From Pristiophorus japonicus (lineage: Eukaryota), in contig NC_091987.1 in assembly GCF_044704955.1 (NCBI RefSeq), positions 107,942,001 through 108,006,000 on the forward strand: a stretch of 64,000 bases of DNA. The letters run 5' to 3'. The notes under the pieces were generated by a model. The model searched no databases and was not told the origin of the DNA. It saw nothing but the letters and a program-made list of their open reading frames with translations. Both the position numbers and the translations under genes were made by a program. Shown here in pieces: positions 1-11,684 of the stretch (within the stretch, counting starts at the first letter, position 1; each line of letters opens with the position of its first letter).

Positions 1-230
1 GGTTCCCTGAGACCTCCACACGGTTCCCTGAGACCTCCACACGGTTCCCTGAGACCTCCACACGGTTCCCTGAGACCTCCACACAGTTCCCTGAGACCTC
101 CACACAGTTCCCTGAGACCTCCACACGGTTCCCTGAGACCTCCACACGGTTCCCTGAGACCTCACCGCGGTTCCCTGAGACCTCACCCCGGTTCCCTGAG
201 ACCTCCACACGGTTCCCTGAGACTTCCACG
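1..230. repeat. 21-bp minisatellite (GGTTCCCTGAGACCTCCACAC)n, about 11 copies, cut by the window start
   Basis: Direct reading; head-to-tail units with no spacers. Confidence 0.95.
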
Positions 231-1574
231 CCGCCCCCGGAGGCGTCCACACTGCTCCCGAGGCCGCTCGCCACTCCTTTTATGGCCCCGACCTGCCGCT
301 GGTGTTCTCACGCAGGTCAGGGTCTCTATGCATTTCACATAGGCTCCTTGCTGCTCGCAGAAAAACATGCTCCCTGCCAGTCTGTGCTGCATTTGAACCT
401 AAGTGCCAGATGCGTCGGGACAATGGCCAAACTCAACACTTTGCTCAATCCAGCAAGCTAATTTTTACAACCTGGGTGAAAACTAAAGCCTCTTCTGAAA
501 AAAAAGATCTCGCTTTAACAACCGTTGAATTTCAGATGATGGCATCTTAACATTAGGGGAGCCGGGTCGAAGGTCAGCAATCACTCGTACCTCCCAGTTC
601 TAGGCTACAGGTTAACAAACTGTTAACTGTTCAGTGTCACAGTGGGGTACAACATGAGGGGCAGCAGATCAGGGAGAGGAATAAACGTAATATAAAGGGG
701 GACGAAATAAAAATGCTAATAAGCCACTTGTCGTTAAGAGCGTTCCAATTAACCAGCACGTAACGCACTTTTACCACAACCTGAAGAAAGGTTGTCATTT
801 TATAATGCCTTGTGTGATACCTGAATTGCTAAACATTGCTTCTGAAGGCAGCTAACACACAACTTCTGTTACATTAGCCCTTGGGTTTTATAATATTCAT
901 AAGGTTAATGTAACTGACACCAAGTATTTACAGCCGCAGGGCATTGACAGCCTAAAAAACCCCACTGAATAATCAATGATGCCACCGCATGTACTTTCAG
1001 AGGGAAAATTATACAAATACCAGCGTCAGAGTCAGGGATTTAAAAGGATGAAACGGGACGACCATTGCTCCGTGTTTGTCTCCTGCAAATGTCAAAAGGA
1101 TATCAGTCTTGATGTTCAGTGCTGACAACTGGAAAGGATCTTTTTCGATTTGCATTGCCAAGGAGCACGGTGGGAAAACTATTATCCCTGATTGGAAGAC
1201 TGCTGAGAAAAAAATCTAAAAAGACACCCTCTGTTTCTTTCTCAATCCTTAAATGTTATTGGTTAAGGAGATAGATTGGTTCCGCCCTTCACTGAGGTCC
1301 CAGATGCCCCGTTGCCCTCGCTGCGTCGCTATCAGCTCACATTTCCAGCAAGTTACCCCGCAAAAACTGTTCTGGCTGTAGGGTGCAGGAGAGAATCTAA
1401 CTAATGGGGCACGCCGTGTGATGCTAAGCAGAATCCGACCTATTATATCAACAGCTATACCTGGTAAAGAATCATAGTTAAAATGGCTGCCTCTCTTTCC
1501 TTTACTGGGACAACTAAAAACTCTTTTCTGGGGCCTAGAGGGCCAGTGAGCAGTTAATGTGGCTGCAGCGACAT

Positions 1575-1840
1575 ACCTACCCAACCCCCACCCCCTCCCC
1601 CGCCACACACCACCCCACCCCCCCATCATCCCTCCTCCCCACCACGTCTACCCCCCACCACCCCTCCTCCCTACCCCCTGCCCCCCCCACACACCACCCC
1701 ACCCCCCCATCATCCCTCCTCCCCACCACATCTACCCCACACCACCCCTCCTCCCTACCCCCTACCCCCCCACACACCACCCCACCCCCCCATCATCCCT
1801 CCTCCTCACCACTCCTTTGCCCCACCACTCCACTCATGAC
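1575..1840. repeat. C-rich tandem repeat, period about 83-84 bp, about 2.5 copies
   Basis: CACACACCACCCCACCCCCCCATCATCCCTCC recurs at 1604, 1688 and 1771. Confidence 0.9.
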
Positions 1841-1884
1841 TCCCTCCAGGAGTTAATATCAGCACCTTGATTTCTGGAATGTAC

Positions 1885-2013
1885 CTGACTTGTTCTTGCA
1901 TTCGATGTCAAAGCCGGTGATGGGACTGTTGCCATCAAAGCCCATACTCCACCTCAAAGCAATGCTCCGAGCTCTCACCTCACGTATCTCGATCTCTGGA
2001 GGATCTGGGGGTT
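1885..2013 (-). CDS. DSCAM: DSCAM coding exon, start of fibronectin type III repeat 1 (equivalent to human exon 14)
   Basis: 129 bp between acceptor catattacag and donor gtacat; phase 1 to phase 1. Translates (E)[53 protein letters not shown] and ECKNKS favour DSCAM over DSCAML1. Not in the ORF track. Confidence 0.95.
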
Positions 2014-2162
2014 CTGTAATATGGGAGGAAGAAATAGTTCAGAAAAAAAGAAGTGTACTACTACTAACTGATTCATATCACATTTCTAATCTGTTATGTT
2101 GTACCCAAACAGAAATCTCTGTGGAATTTCTTCACTAAGTCTTTACTAGAAATGAATGTATA

Positions 2163-2927
2163 GGGGAAGAAATTTGGCATATTAGCACCCCCAGTGAGCA
2201 CCTGGCGGGGGCGCTAATGGGGCACTCAGGCAGTAGTGCTGTGGCAGGGCAAATCCCATGACAAACGGCAAATTCGTCCGCTACGTAGCACCGGCGATAA
2301 CAGTTAGCGCCTTGGTATCTTTGGCCATGCAGATTTTGACGTCAATGAGCGTGCAACGCCCGCTGGGCGCTCGATCTGCAAATTTCAGTAGCACCTCCCA
2401 CCTTACCGCCGAAGTGCCAAAGCACCAGGGAGTGGAGGCGTGAACCAGCCAGCTTGCGGGGCGCTACTTAAAGGAAAGTGCCCTAGCTGTCAAGGAACCT
2501 CCGTTCCAAAGCTCAGTTATGAGTGGCAGAGAGCGCAGGATGTATCTGCAGACAAATAACGGCTGCTTAGTCCTCGGAGTGTTGCGGGCCATCAAAGGAC
2601 TTTGCATTTCATCCCACAGCATACCGTCGTTCTGCATTCCCCAAATCATTGAGGGCGGATGTGCAGACTCCAGTGACCCTCTCCTTTAATGGCTGGTAGG
2701 CGCCTTTGCCAATGTTCATTCCCGATTACACAACACCTCATATTCGTTATCGCTTGAAGCCTAACGCCACTCACCTATGCCATTAGTGCCTGATTTAGCA
2801 CTCCCCTGCATTCTTTGAGCACTGAGACCGAATTTAGCAGGCAGCGAGATTGATTAGAGCCTGGCGCTAAACTTCCAACTTCTCAAAAGTTAACGCCCCA
2901 ATCAGGGTGATACTGAATTTCTAGCCC
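2163..2927. mobile_element. Non-autonomous DNA transposon (Harbinger-type MITE)
   Basis: Ends GGGGAAGAAATT and AATTTCTAGCCC, flanked by ATA and TAA; GC-rich noncoding interior. Confidence 0.7.
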
Positions 2928-2989
2928 TAACACAAAGTGTTTATATTGCATCCGTAAGTAGATAAGGATCATTTCCTCTATGTAAACGT

Positions 2990-3612
2990 GGGGAAGACTA
3001 TGAAGCCATTGTCTTTGTCACACGCCATAATCTCTGTTCCCTCACCACTCATTCCATCTTCCTTCCTGACCACAGTGTCAGGCTGAACCAGATTGTTTGT
3101 AACCTCGGCGTCCTATTTAAACCTGAGCTGAGTTTCTGACCCCATATCCTCGCCATCACAAAGACCACCTATTTCTACCTCTATAATATCGCCCATCTTC
3201 ACTCCTGTCTCGGCCCATCTGCTGCTGACATCCGCATCCATGCCTTCGTTACCTCCAGACTCGACAATTCCAAAAGCTGTCGGCCTCTCATCTTCCACCC
3301 TTCAAGAACTTGAGCTTATCCAAAACTCGGCTGACCATGTCCTATCTCGTACCAAGTCCCACTCACCCCTGTGCTCGCTGACCTACATTGGCTCCCGGTC
3401 CACTAACGCCTCCATTTTAAAGTTCTCATCCTCGTTTTCAAATCCCTCCCTATCTCTGTAACACGCTCCAGCCCCACTACCCTCTGAGATCGCTGTAGTT
3501 TTTCAGCTATGACCTTTTGTGCATCCCGCACTTCCTTTTCCCAATCGTTGGCGACCATGCCTTCAGCCGTCCGACACGCTCCTTAAAACCTAACTCTTTG
3601 ATCAAGCTTTCA
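2990..3612 (+). mobile_element. L2-clade LINE 3' fragment, decayed
   Basis: Remnants of GKTEAIVF, HAFVTSRLD and IQNSAA; same family as 16765-17900 and 39455-40182. Confidence 0.85.
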
Positions 3613-3906
3613 GCTGGTGGCCCGGAAAGAAGATGGAATGTGTGGCGAAGGAACAGAGATTATGGTGGGTGACAAAGACAATGGCTTCAGATTCTTCCCA
3701 ATGTTTACATGGAGGAAATGAGGAAATGATACAGTTGCAATATAAACACTTTGTGTTAGGGTTAGAAGTTTGGTATGGCCCTGATTGGGGCATTAACCTT
3801 TGAGAAGTTGAAAGTCAGTGACCCATGCTATTGTCTCCTTCTTTGACTCGGTGTTAATTTTGGGTCTGATTATGCTCCTGTGAAGTTTTTTGGGACATTT
3901 TACTAC

Positions 3907-5201
3907 CAAAATTCCCTGGATTCCGGGGAGGTCCCAATTGATTGGGAAAACACAAATGTAACATCCCTATTTAAGAAAAGAGGGAGACAAAAAACAGGAA
4001 ACTATAGTCCAGTTAGCCTAATATCAGTTATTAGGAAAATGCTGGTGTCCATTATTAAGGAAGTAGCAGCAGGACCTTTAGAAGTCATAATACAATCAAG
4101 CAGAATCAGCATGGTTTTATGAAAGGGAAATCATGTTTGACAAATTTGCTGGAGTTCTTTGAAGATGTAACAAGTAGCGTGGATAAAGGGGAACCAGTAG
4201 ATGTAGTGTATTTGGATTTCCAGAAGGCATTTGATAAGGTGCCACATAAAAGATTACTGCACATGACAAGAACTCACGGGGTTGGGGTTAATATATTATC
4301 ATGGATAGAGGATTGGCTAACTAACAGAAAGCAGAGAGTCGGAATAAAGGGGTCATTTTCAGGTTGTCAAATTGTAACTAGTGGGGAGCCACAGGGATCA
4401 GTGCTGGGGCCACAACTATTTACAATCTATATTAATGACTTGGATGAAGGGACCAAATATAATGAAACCAAAGTTGCTGATGATACAAAGATAGGTGGGA
4501 AAGCAAGTTGTGAAGAGGACACAAGAATCTGAAAAGGGATATAAAAAGACTAAGTGAGTGGGCAAACATTTGGCAGATGGAGTATAATGTGGGAAAGTGT
4601 GAGGTTATCCATTTTGGCAGGAAAATATAAAAGCAAATTATTATTTAAATGGAGAGAGACCACGAAATGCTGTGGTACAGAGGAATCTGGGGGTCCTTGT
4701 ACATGAAGACAAAAAGTTGGCATACAGGTACAGCAAGTTATTAGGAAGGCAAATTGAATGTTCGTCTTTATTGCAAGGGGGATAGAGTATAAAGGCAGGC
4801 AAGTCTTGCTATACAGGGTGTTGATGCGATCACATATGGAGTACTGCGTATAGTTTTGCAGAGAGGATGTTTCCCCTTGTGGGGGAATCTAGAACTAGGG
4901 GGCATAATTTCAGAATAAGGGGTCGCCCATTTGAAAGGGAGATGAGGAAGAATTTATTTTCTCAGAGGGTCGTGAATCTTTGGAATTCTCTACCCCAGAG
5001 AGCTGTGGAGGCTGGGTCTTTGAATATATTTAAGGTGGAGATAGACACATTTTTGAATGATGGGGGGGTCAAGGGTTATGGGGAGCAGGCAGGAAAGTGG
5101 AGTTGAGGCCAAGATCAGATCAGCCATGACCTTATTAAATGGCGGAGCAGACTCGAGGGGCCAAATGGCCTCCTCCTGTTCCTATTTCTTATGTTCTTAT
5201 G
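3907..5201 (+). mobile_element. CR1 LINE, 5'-truncated, with internal deletion
   Basis: RT motifs KSCLTNL, YLDFQKAFDKVPH, PQGSVLGP and ADD; (TTCTTATG)n tail; inserted in an L2 tail. Confidence 0.93.
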
Positions 5202-5316
5202 TTAAAAGTGCTATAGCAATGTGAGAGGCGGCCCTCTTGGTAGACTGCTAGAATAGCATGGGGCATGTGTGGAGGCAATTAATCTCTAAAGTCAACTTTG
5301 CCTTGGGGAGAACATT

Positions 5317-5777
5317 AGGACTAACATATGAGGAGAATCTGGATCGACTGGGCCTGTATTCACTGGAGTTTAGAAGAATGAGAGGGGATCTCATAGAAAC
5401 ATATAAAATTCTGACGGGACTGGACAGGTTAGATGCAGGAAGAATGTTCCCGATGTTGGGGAAATCCAGAACCAGGGGACACAGTCTAAGGATAAGGGGT
5501 AAGCCATTTAGGACCGAGATGAGGAGAAACCTCTTCACTCAAAGAATTGTGAACCTATGGATTTCTCTACCGCAGAGAGTTGTTGAGGCCAGTTCGTTAG
5601 ATATATTCAAGAGGGAGTTAGATATGGCCCTTACGGCTAAAGGGATCAAGGGTTATGGAGAGAAAGCAGGAAAGGGGTACTGAGGTGAATGATCAGCCAT
5701 GATCTTATTGAATGGTGGTGCAGGCTCGAGGGGCTGAATGGCCTACTCCTGCACCTATTTTCTATGTTTCTATGTTT
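5317..5777 (+). mobile_element. CR1 3' end
   Basis: ORF2 C-terminus (LYSLEFRRMRGDLIETYKI...GIKGYG) and (TTTCTATG)n tail ending about 27 nt from the exon donor. Confidence 0.93.
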
Positions 5778-5804
5778 AGCATGTAACGAAGCATTACGAT
5801 TTAC

Positions 5805-5901
5805 CTTGCACAGTGAGCTGTATCAACCCTCGGTCCTCTCCATAAGAATTAATAGCATGGCAGGAGAAAAACCCTGAATCGCCTCGTACCGTTGGGGTAA
5901 T
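5805..5901 (-). CDS. DSCAM: DSCAM coding exon, C-terminal part of Ig domain 9 (equivalent to human exon 13)
   Basis: 97 bp between acceptor ctcttttctcttcag and donor gtaaat; phase 0 to phase 1. Translates [32 protein letters not shown], in frame with both neighbouring exons. Confidence 0.96.
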
Positions 5902-6179
5902 CTGAAGAGAAAAGAGATGGAACAAAAGGCAGAGATAAGAAGATATAAAACTACCACTGCTGGAAATTTGAAATAAATTTGAAATAGACAGCAGATTTAT
6001 CAGCATTTGGTTAGAGAAAATACAGGCCGATGCTTGTAGATACACACCACCAGAACTTCTACGTTTGCTATTTCCTCAATAGAACAATAGCAATTTGCAG
6101 TAGGCTCTTCGGTCCATTGTGTCAGTACTAGCTCTTTGCTAGAGCAATCCAGCAGTAATATCAATGTCCCATACTCTCC

Positions 6180-6605
6180 CATAAGAACATAAGAGTAGGA
6201 GCAGGAGTAGGTCCTACGGCCCCTCGGGCCTGCTCCGTCATTCAATAAGATCATGGCTGATCTTCGGCTTTATCTCCACTTTCCCCATATCCCTTGATTC
6301 CACTAGAGTCCAAAAATCAATATATCTCGGCCTTGAGCATACTCAACGACTCAGCATCCACAGCCCTCTGGAGTAGAGAATTCCAAGGTTTCACAACCCT
6401 CTGAGTGAAGAAATTGCTCCTCATCTCAGTCTTGAGTGGCCGACCCCTTATCCTGAGACTATGCCCCCTAGTTCTAGACACTCCAGCCAGGGGAAACAAC
6501 CTCTCAGCATCTACCCTGTCAATTCCCTCTCAGAATCTTACATGTTTAAATGAGATCTCCTCTCAGTCTTCTAAACTCCCGAGAGTATAGGTCCAATCAA
6601 CTCAA
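6180..6605 (-). mobile_element. CR1 3' end
   Basis: ORF 6317-6499 SRTRGHSLRIRGRP; tail CATAAGAACATAAG on the + strand. Confidence 0.9.
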
Positions 6606-7304
6606 GAGGAAGACCTGTGCCTTCCTTTGCCTCAGATATTTATTGAATTTTGCCTTAAAAGATGATTCAAACACTCCCTATAATAAAACATTCCATCCTT
6701 CAATGACCCTTCACTTAAAGAAATGTCTCCTGGCCTCTCTCCTCATTCTTCTTAGCGGCAATTTTAAATTGATGACCCCTCATTACTGACCTCCTCAGTC
6801 ACTCTATCAAAACCCTCACCATTTTAAGAGGCTCTGTTAAATCTGCTCCTAGCTTTCTCTGCTCGAGTGGAAACAGTCCCAAGGTCTCATGTTTCTCCTC
6901 AAAGTGGAAGGGCCCGAATTTAATTATTGTCCTCTAGATATTCTGGCAAGAATTCATTTTACTGCATCGAATATTTCTGGCAACATTTTGTGCACTAATT
7001 CTGATGGCTCCAGTGGATTTGGTGCTCAGTCCTATTTGAAGGGCTGTGACTGTTTGAGTCTTTCTCGTTGTAACTCAATTCACACCAGGTCACTGACAAT
7101 TAATATGCAGAAACTTTTTTCACCATGGTACTTACTGGGGCAGGTTACGTAGGCGGAGGAGGGCGCGGAGGGAACGGAATTATTGGTTTCTCCGCATGCT
7201 GTAATTCCACAATGTGAGTCTTTTGGCCCTGACAGGTTCCCCTCCCACAAGTCAGCCTGATTGGTGAGCTTGGATTCCAGTCAGGCAGAGCGAGGATCAC
7301 TCCA

Positions 7305-8805
7305 AGCAGGCCCGATCCCCGACTCTGGGCGGGTGTCCAACCCCGGGGGGTACGATCCCCAACCCTGGGGGGATGTCCAACCCCGGGGGGTACGATCCCC
7401 AACCCTGGGGGGGTGTCCAATCCCGGTGGGTACGATCCCCAACCCTGGGGGGGTGTCCAACCCCGGGGGGTACTATCCCTGACCCCGGGGCATCCGATCC
7501 CTGACCCCGGGGGGGTTCTATCCCCGACTCTGGGGGGGGTGTCCAACCCCGGGGGGTACTATCCCCGACCCTGGGGGGGGGTGTCCAACCCCGGGGGGTA
7601 CGATCCCCGACCCTGGGGGGGTGTCCAACCCCAGGGGGTACTATCCCCGACCCTGGGGGGGTGTCCAACCCCGGGGGGTACGATCCCCGACCCTGGGGGG
7701 GGTGTCCAACCCCGGGGGGTACGATCCCTGACCCCGGGGCATCCGATCCCTGACCCCGGGGGGGGGGGGATTCTATCCCCGACCCCAGGGAGATGTCCAA
7801 CCCCAGGGCGCCCGATGACCACCTGGGCGGGGTGTTTCTGATCCCTGATCCTGGGGGTCTCATCACTGACCCAGGGGGGGTCCGATCCCTGACCCGGGGG
7901 GGGGTTCTATGCCCAACCACAGGGAGATGTCCAACCCCAGGGCGCCCGATGACCACCTGGGCGGGGGGGGGGGGGGTTTCTGATCCCTGACCCTGGGGGT
8001 CTCATCACTGACCCGGGGGGGTCCGATCCCTGATCCCGGGGGGTCCAATCCCCTACCTTGGGGAGTCCGAAACCTGACCCCGGGGAGTCCGATCCCTGAC
8101 CCCGGGGTGTGTTTGATCCCTGACCCCGGGGAGTCCGATCACTGACCCCGGGGAGTCCAATCACTGACCCTGGGGGTGGTCTGACCCCTGACCCTGGGGA
8201 GTCCGATCACTGACCCCGGGGGGGTCTGATCACTGACCCCGGAGAGTCCGATCCCTGACCCCGGGGGGTCTGATCACTGACCCCAGGGAGTCCGATCCCT
8301 GACCCCGGGGGTTCCAACCCTGACCCAGGGGAGTCCAATCACTGACCCTGGGGGGTTCCAACCCTGACCCAGGAGAGTCCGATCACTGACCCCGGGGAGT
8401 CCGATCCCTGACCTCGGGGAGTCCGATCACTGACCCTGGGGGGTTCCAACCCTGACCCAGGGGAGTCCGATCACTGACCCCGGGGAGTCCGATCCCTGAC
8501 CCCGGGGATTCCGATCACTGACCCTGGGGTGTCCGATCCCTGACCCCGGGGAGTCTGATCACTGACCCTGGGGGGTTCCAACCCTGACCCAGGGGAGTCC
8601 GATCACTGACCCCGGGGAGTCCGATCCCTGACCCCGGGGAGTCTGATCCCTGACCCTGGGAAGTCCGATCACTGACCCTGGGGGGGTTCCAACTCTGACC
8701 CAGGGGAGTCCGATCACTGACCCCGGGGAGTCCGATCCCTGACCCCGGGGAGTCTGATCCCTGACCCCGGGGAATCCAATCCATGACCCCGGGGATCTGA
8801 CCCCT
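7305..8805. repeat. GC-rich minisatellite, about 40-bp period on the left and 22-bp period on the right
   Basis: Units TCCAACCCCGGGGGGTACGATCCCCAACCCTGGGGGGGTG and GATCCCTGACCCCGGGGAGTCC. Confidence 0.95.
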
Positions 8806-10177
8806 GACCTCTTTGTGTAGGGTGGATGTCTGATGGCGGGGTGTTTGTGGGGCCAGGGACACTTCTCCCCGAAACTGTCCTCACCTCAATTCAGCTGCCG
8901 GCTTTCCCGTGGCCTGGAAAACCAGTCCCCCCTCGCCACCAGGCCCCCCCGCCCGCACCCCCCTTCCCCCAACCCCGCTCCGGTAAAACCTGCAACGCTG
9001 GTAAATCAGAGGCTGCCAGCCTCATTGAAATATTTATTTTGCCAACCACCTCCTGGGAGCGGGCTGGCTGGCCGTCCCGTGTCCTGCCTCCGTAAAAGGG
9101 AAAGAGGGTAGGATGGAGGAAGGTTAGGGTCGGGATTCAGATTTTAAAATTGTAACCTGATCTGAACCCAACCCATCTGTTTTTGTATGCAAAAAATCAG
9201 CCCATTGTGTATACAATGATGATTTTTCTGGAAGAAATGATTATCAGTTATATCTACAAAAACAATATTCAACTAAACACAGACTCTGGATTGTGTCGTG
9301 TAATATAATGTATTCATCCTGCCTCTAGAGGGGGAACTAGGGCTTTTGTATTGGAACAAAGACCATATGGTGATTGTATCACTTGTAACAACCAATAACT
9401 ATTCCTGAAAATGATTGGTCAGTGTATATGATGGCAAAGTAGGGTAACTTGCCAACCCTCCCAGATTTTCCCCGCCCAGGGTGGGGCGTGAATCTCCCGG
9501 ACACTGCTGAAATCAGTCTGGGAGAACTTCACCATTTCAATTTCTCACCTCAGTATCGCTCACTCTGCTCCCTGAAGTCACCAGCTCCTGCTCCGAGACA
9601 TTATCGCCCCACCCCACCGCACTAGCAAAGAGAGCACCCCTCCCCTACTTATGGGGTGGACTAAAGATGGGACCGGTTGTTGGAGAAGCAGCTGGGAGTA
9701 GGGGGAGGCGGTGGGGGGAATTAAGAGAGAGAGCGATGGAGCGAGGGGAAGTGGGGGGCTGGGTTGGAAAAGAGTGATCAGGAGCTAGAGGGCACGGGAT
9801 TGTGATTAAGGCTAGGGGGAAAGGGCGGGGGAGTGGAACTAGATGAGAGCTGACATGGGCTTGATGGGCCAAACGGCCTTCTGCCGTACTTTAACTATTC
9901 TATGATTCATTGTGGGGCAAGCTCAAAACACGTATCAAGCGTTGCTGGGTACACTAAGTTTTATTAGCAAGCATCGACACAGCGCTACAAACCCTGTTTG
10001 TCAGTGTGCATCAAATAGCCAGTTAAGAAACGCAGCAATGGTGCATAAGACTCCCTAACCTCACACGTTTCTGCAGAAGCCTGCACCCTCACCCCAAAGA
10101 ACCACCTGAATTCACTATGTTATTAGTTGAGAGGTAAGTATGCAGATTAATGTGCAATTGTTGTGTTTTTTTTTTAA

Positions 10178-10208
10178 AACACACATACACACACACACAC
10201 ACACACAC
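10178..10208. repeat. (AC)n microsatellite
   Basis: Direct reading. Confidence 0.95.
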
Positions 10209-10572
10209 TCCCCAGGCTGCCTGGAAGCAAAATAGAACCAATCTGCTAAACAGAACTTCAGAAAGGTTGACAGTGATGGTGAGTGGCAATCCAGATTACA
10301 TCTAATTAAGGATAACGTCTATTAATATTTCTATACTGAAACATGAAGTGAATTTATATCCCGCTGTTTGGAAAGACACGCCACTAAAACCAAATGTTAT
10401 TCAAACGAATAGAATACAGGGGTAAGTTTTAAGCATCAGCTCTCCCAGTGATGAGCTTTGTTACAACCAAAGAGCATATTGGGAATCGAACGCCCAATTC
10501 ACAGCCCGCTTCATTTTCCACCCTAATGGCTCGGAATGGGTCCCAGAGTCCCTCACACCTCACCTGCTCCAG

Positions 10573-11065
10573 GAACATAAGAACAGGAGTAGGCCACTCA
10601 GCATTCAGAGGAGCAGGCTCGAGGGACCGTGCGGCCTACTCCTGATCCTTTTTCTTATGTTCACCGCCCTCCCGAGCCTGCTCCGCCATTTAATTAGATC
10701 AGGGCAGATCTGCATATCTCAACTCCATTTATCTTGCTTAGCTCCATATCCCTTGAAACCCTTAGCAGACTAAAATTTATTGATCTCAGTCTTGAAAGCT
10801 CCAATTATCCCAGCATCCCAGCCTTTTGGGGTGGGGCTGGGTTGAGGGGAGGGGAGGCGAATTCCAGATTTCTACCACCCTTTGTGTGGAACAAAATCCT
10901 GATTTTTCTCCTAAATGGCCTGACTCTCATTTTAAGATTATGTCCCCATTGTTCTTGATTTCCCCCACCAGATGAAAAAGTTTCTCCTCATCTACCCTAT
11001 CCAATCCTCTTAACATTTCAAACAGATCGCCATCCCCCGCCAACCAGCCGCCTCCTCCCCCCATG
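10573..11065 (-). mobile_element. Old CR1 3' end carrying a short inverted CR1 tail at about 10607-10662
   Basis: GAACATAAGAACAGGAGTAGGCC tail; similarity to 6180-6605. Confidence 0.8.
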
Positions 11066-11684
11066 CCCCAATCTTCTATACTCTGTGCTGGGAATGCTAA
11101 CTCATAAAATGTCCTCCACGAATAACATTTAATGTGATGAGCTTGTTTGACCTAATGGTCCAAGCTGTCCTGAGCCTAAAAAAAATTCTATTCTTTGTGT
11201 AGAAGTAAGAAAAATTATCTTGTGGCCTAAATCCCATATATGGTTAGAATTTCTTTGAAGCCTGTGGGAAATCCGTGAAGGGTTAATCATTTAAACTGAG
11301 AGACTTAATTGCATCGCCAGTGAAATTGATTTTCTTTCCTTTTCTCCTCGCCGTGATGGGGAGAAAATTGTCAGAGCCTTCAAAATAAAGGTCTGAGACA
11401 CTCTCTGAAGCAGCGATGACAGGGGTCAGGACAGGATGTTGTTATAGTAACCGTGTCAAAAAAAAAATTTCCACTTGCTGTCAGCGTGATTGAGGTAGAA
11501 AGTAGAGATAAAAAAAGACACTGTCATAGCGCTGAAACATAGCATGGCCCAAGAGCAGCGAAAGGGGAAACAAAAAGAAGCGATCGGTTGAAAGATCAAA
11601 GAAACACTAATTATTTTTTGAATATTCACAAGGATATTCCTTGTGTTGTCATTGTTTTTTTTCCCTTTGATTTGTGTAAACTGT

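Noticed and set aside
1-230. CRISPR-like periodic repeat
   Set aside because: No spacers, eukaryotic context, no cas genes.
1557-1870. Pro/His-rich extensin-like ORFs
   Set aside because: Stop-free translation of a C-rich tandem repeat in an intron.
7145-8862. Collagen- or elastin-like PG-rich ORFs
   Set aside because: Artefact of the minisatellite; open in many frames on both strands.
9438-9530. hAT-like terminus (TAGGGT...TGCCAACCCTCC)
   Set aside because: No partner end or 8-bp TSD found.
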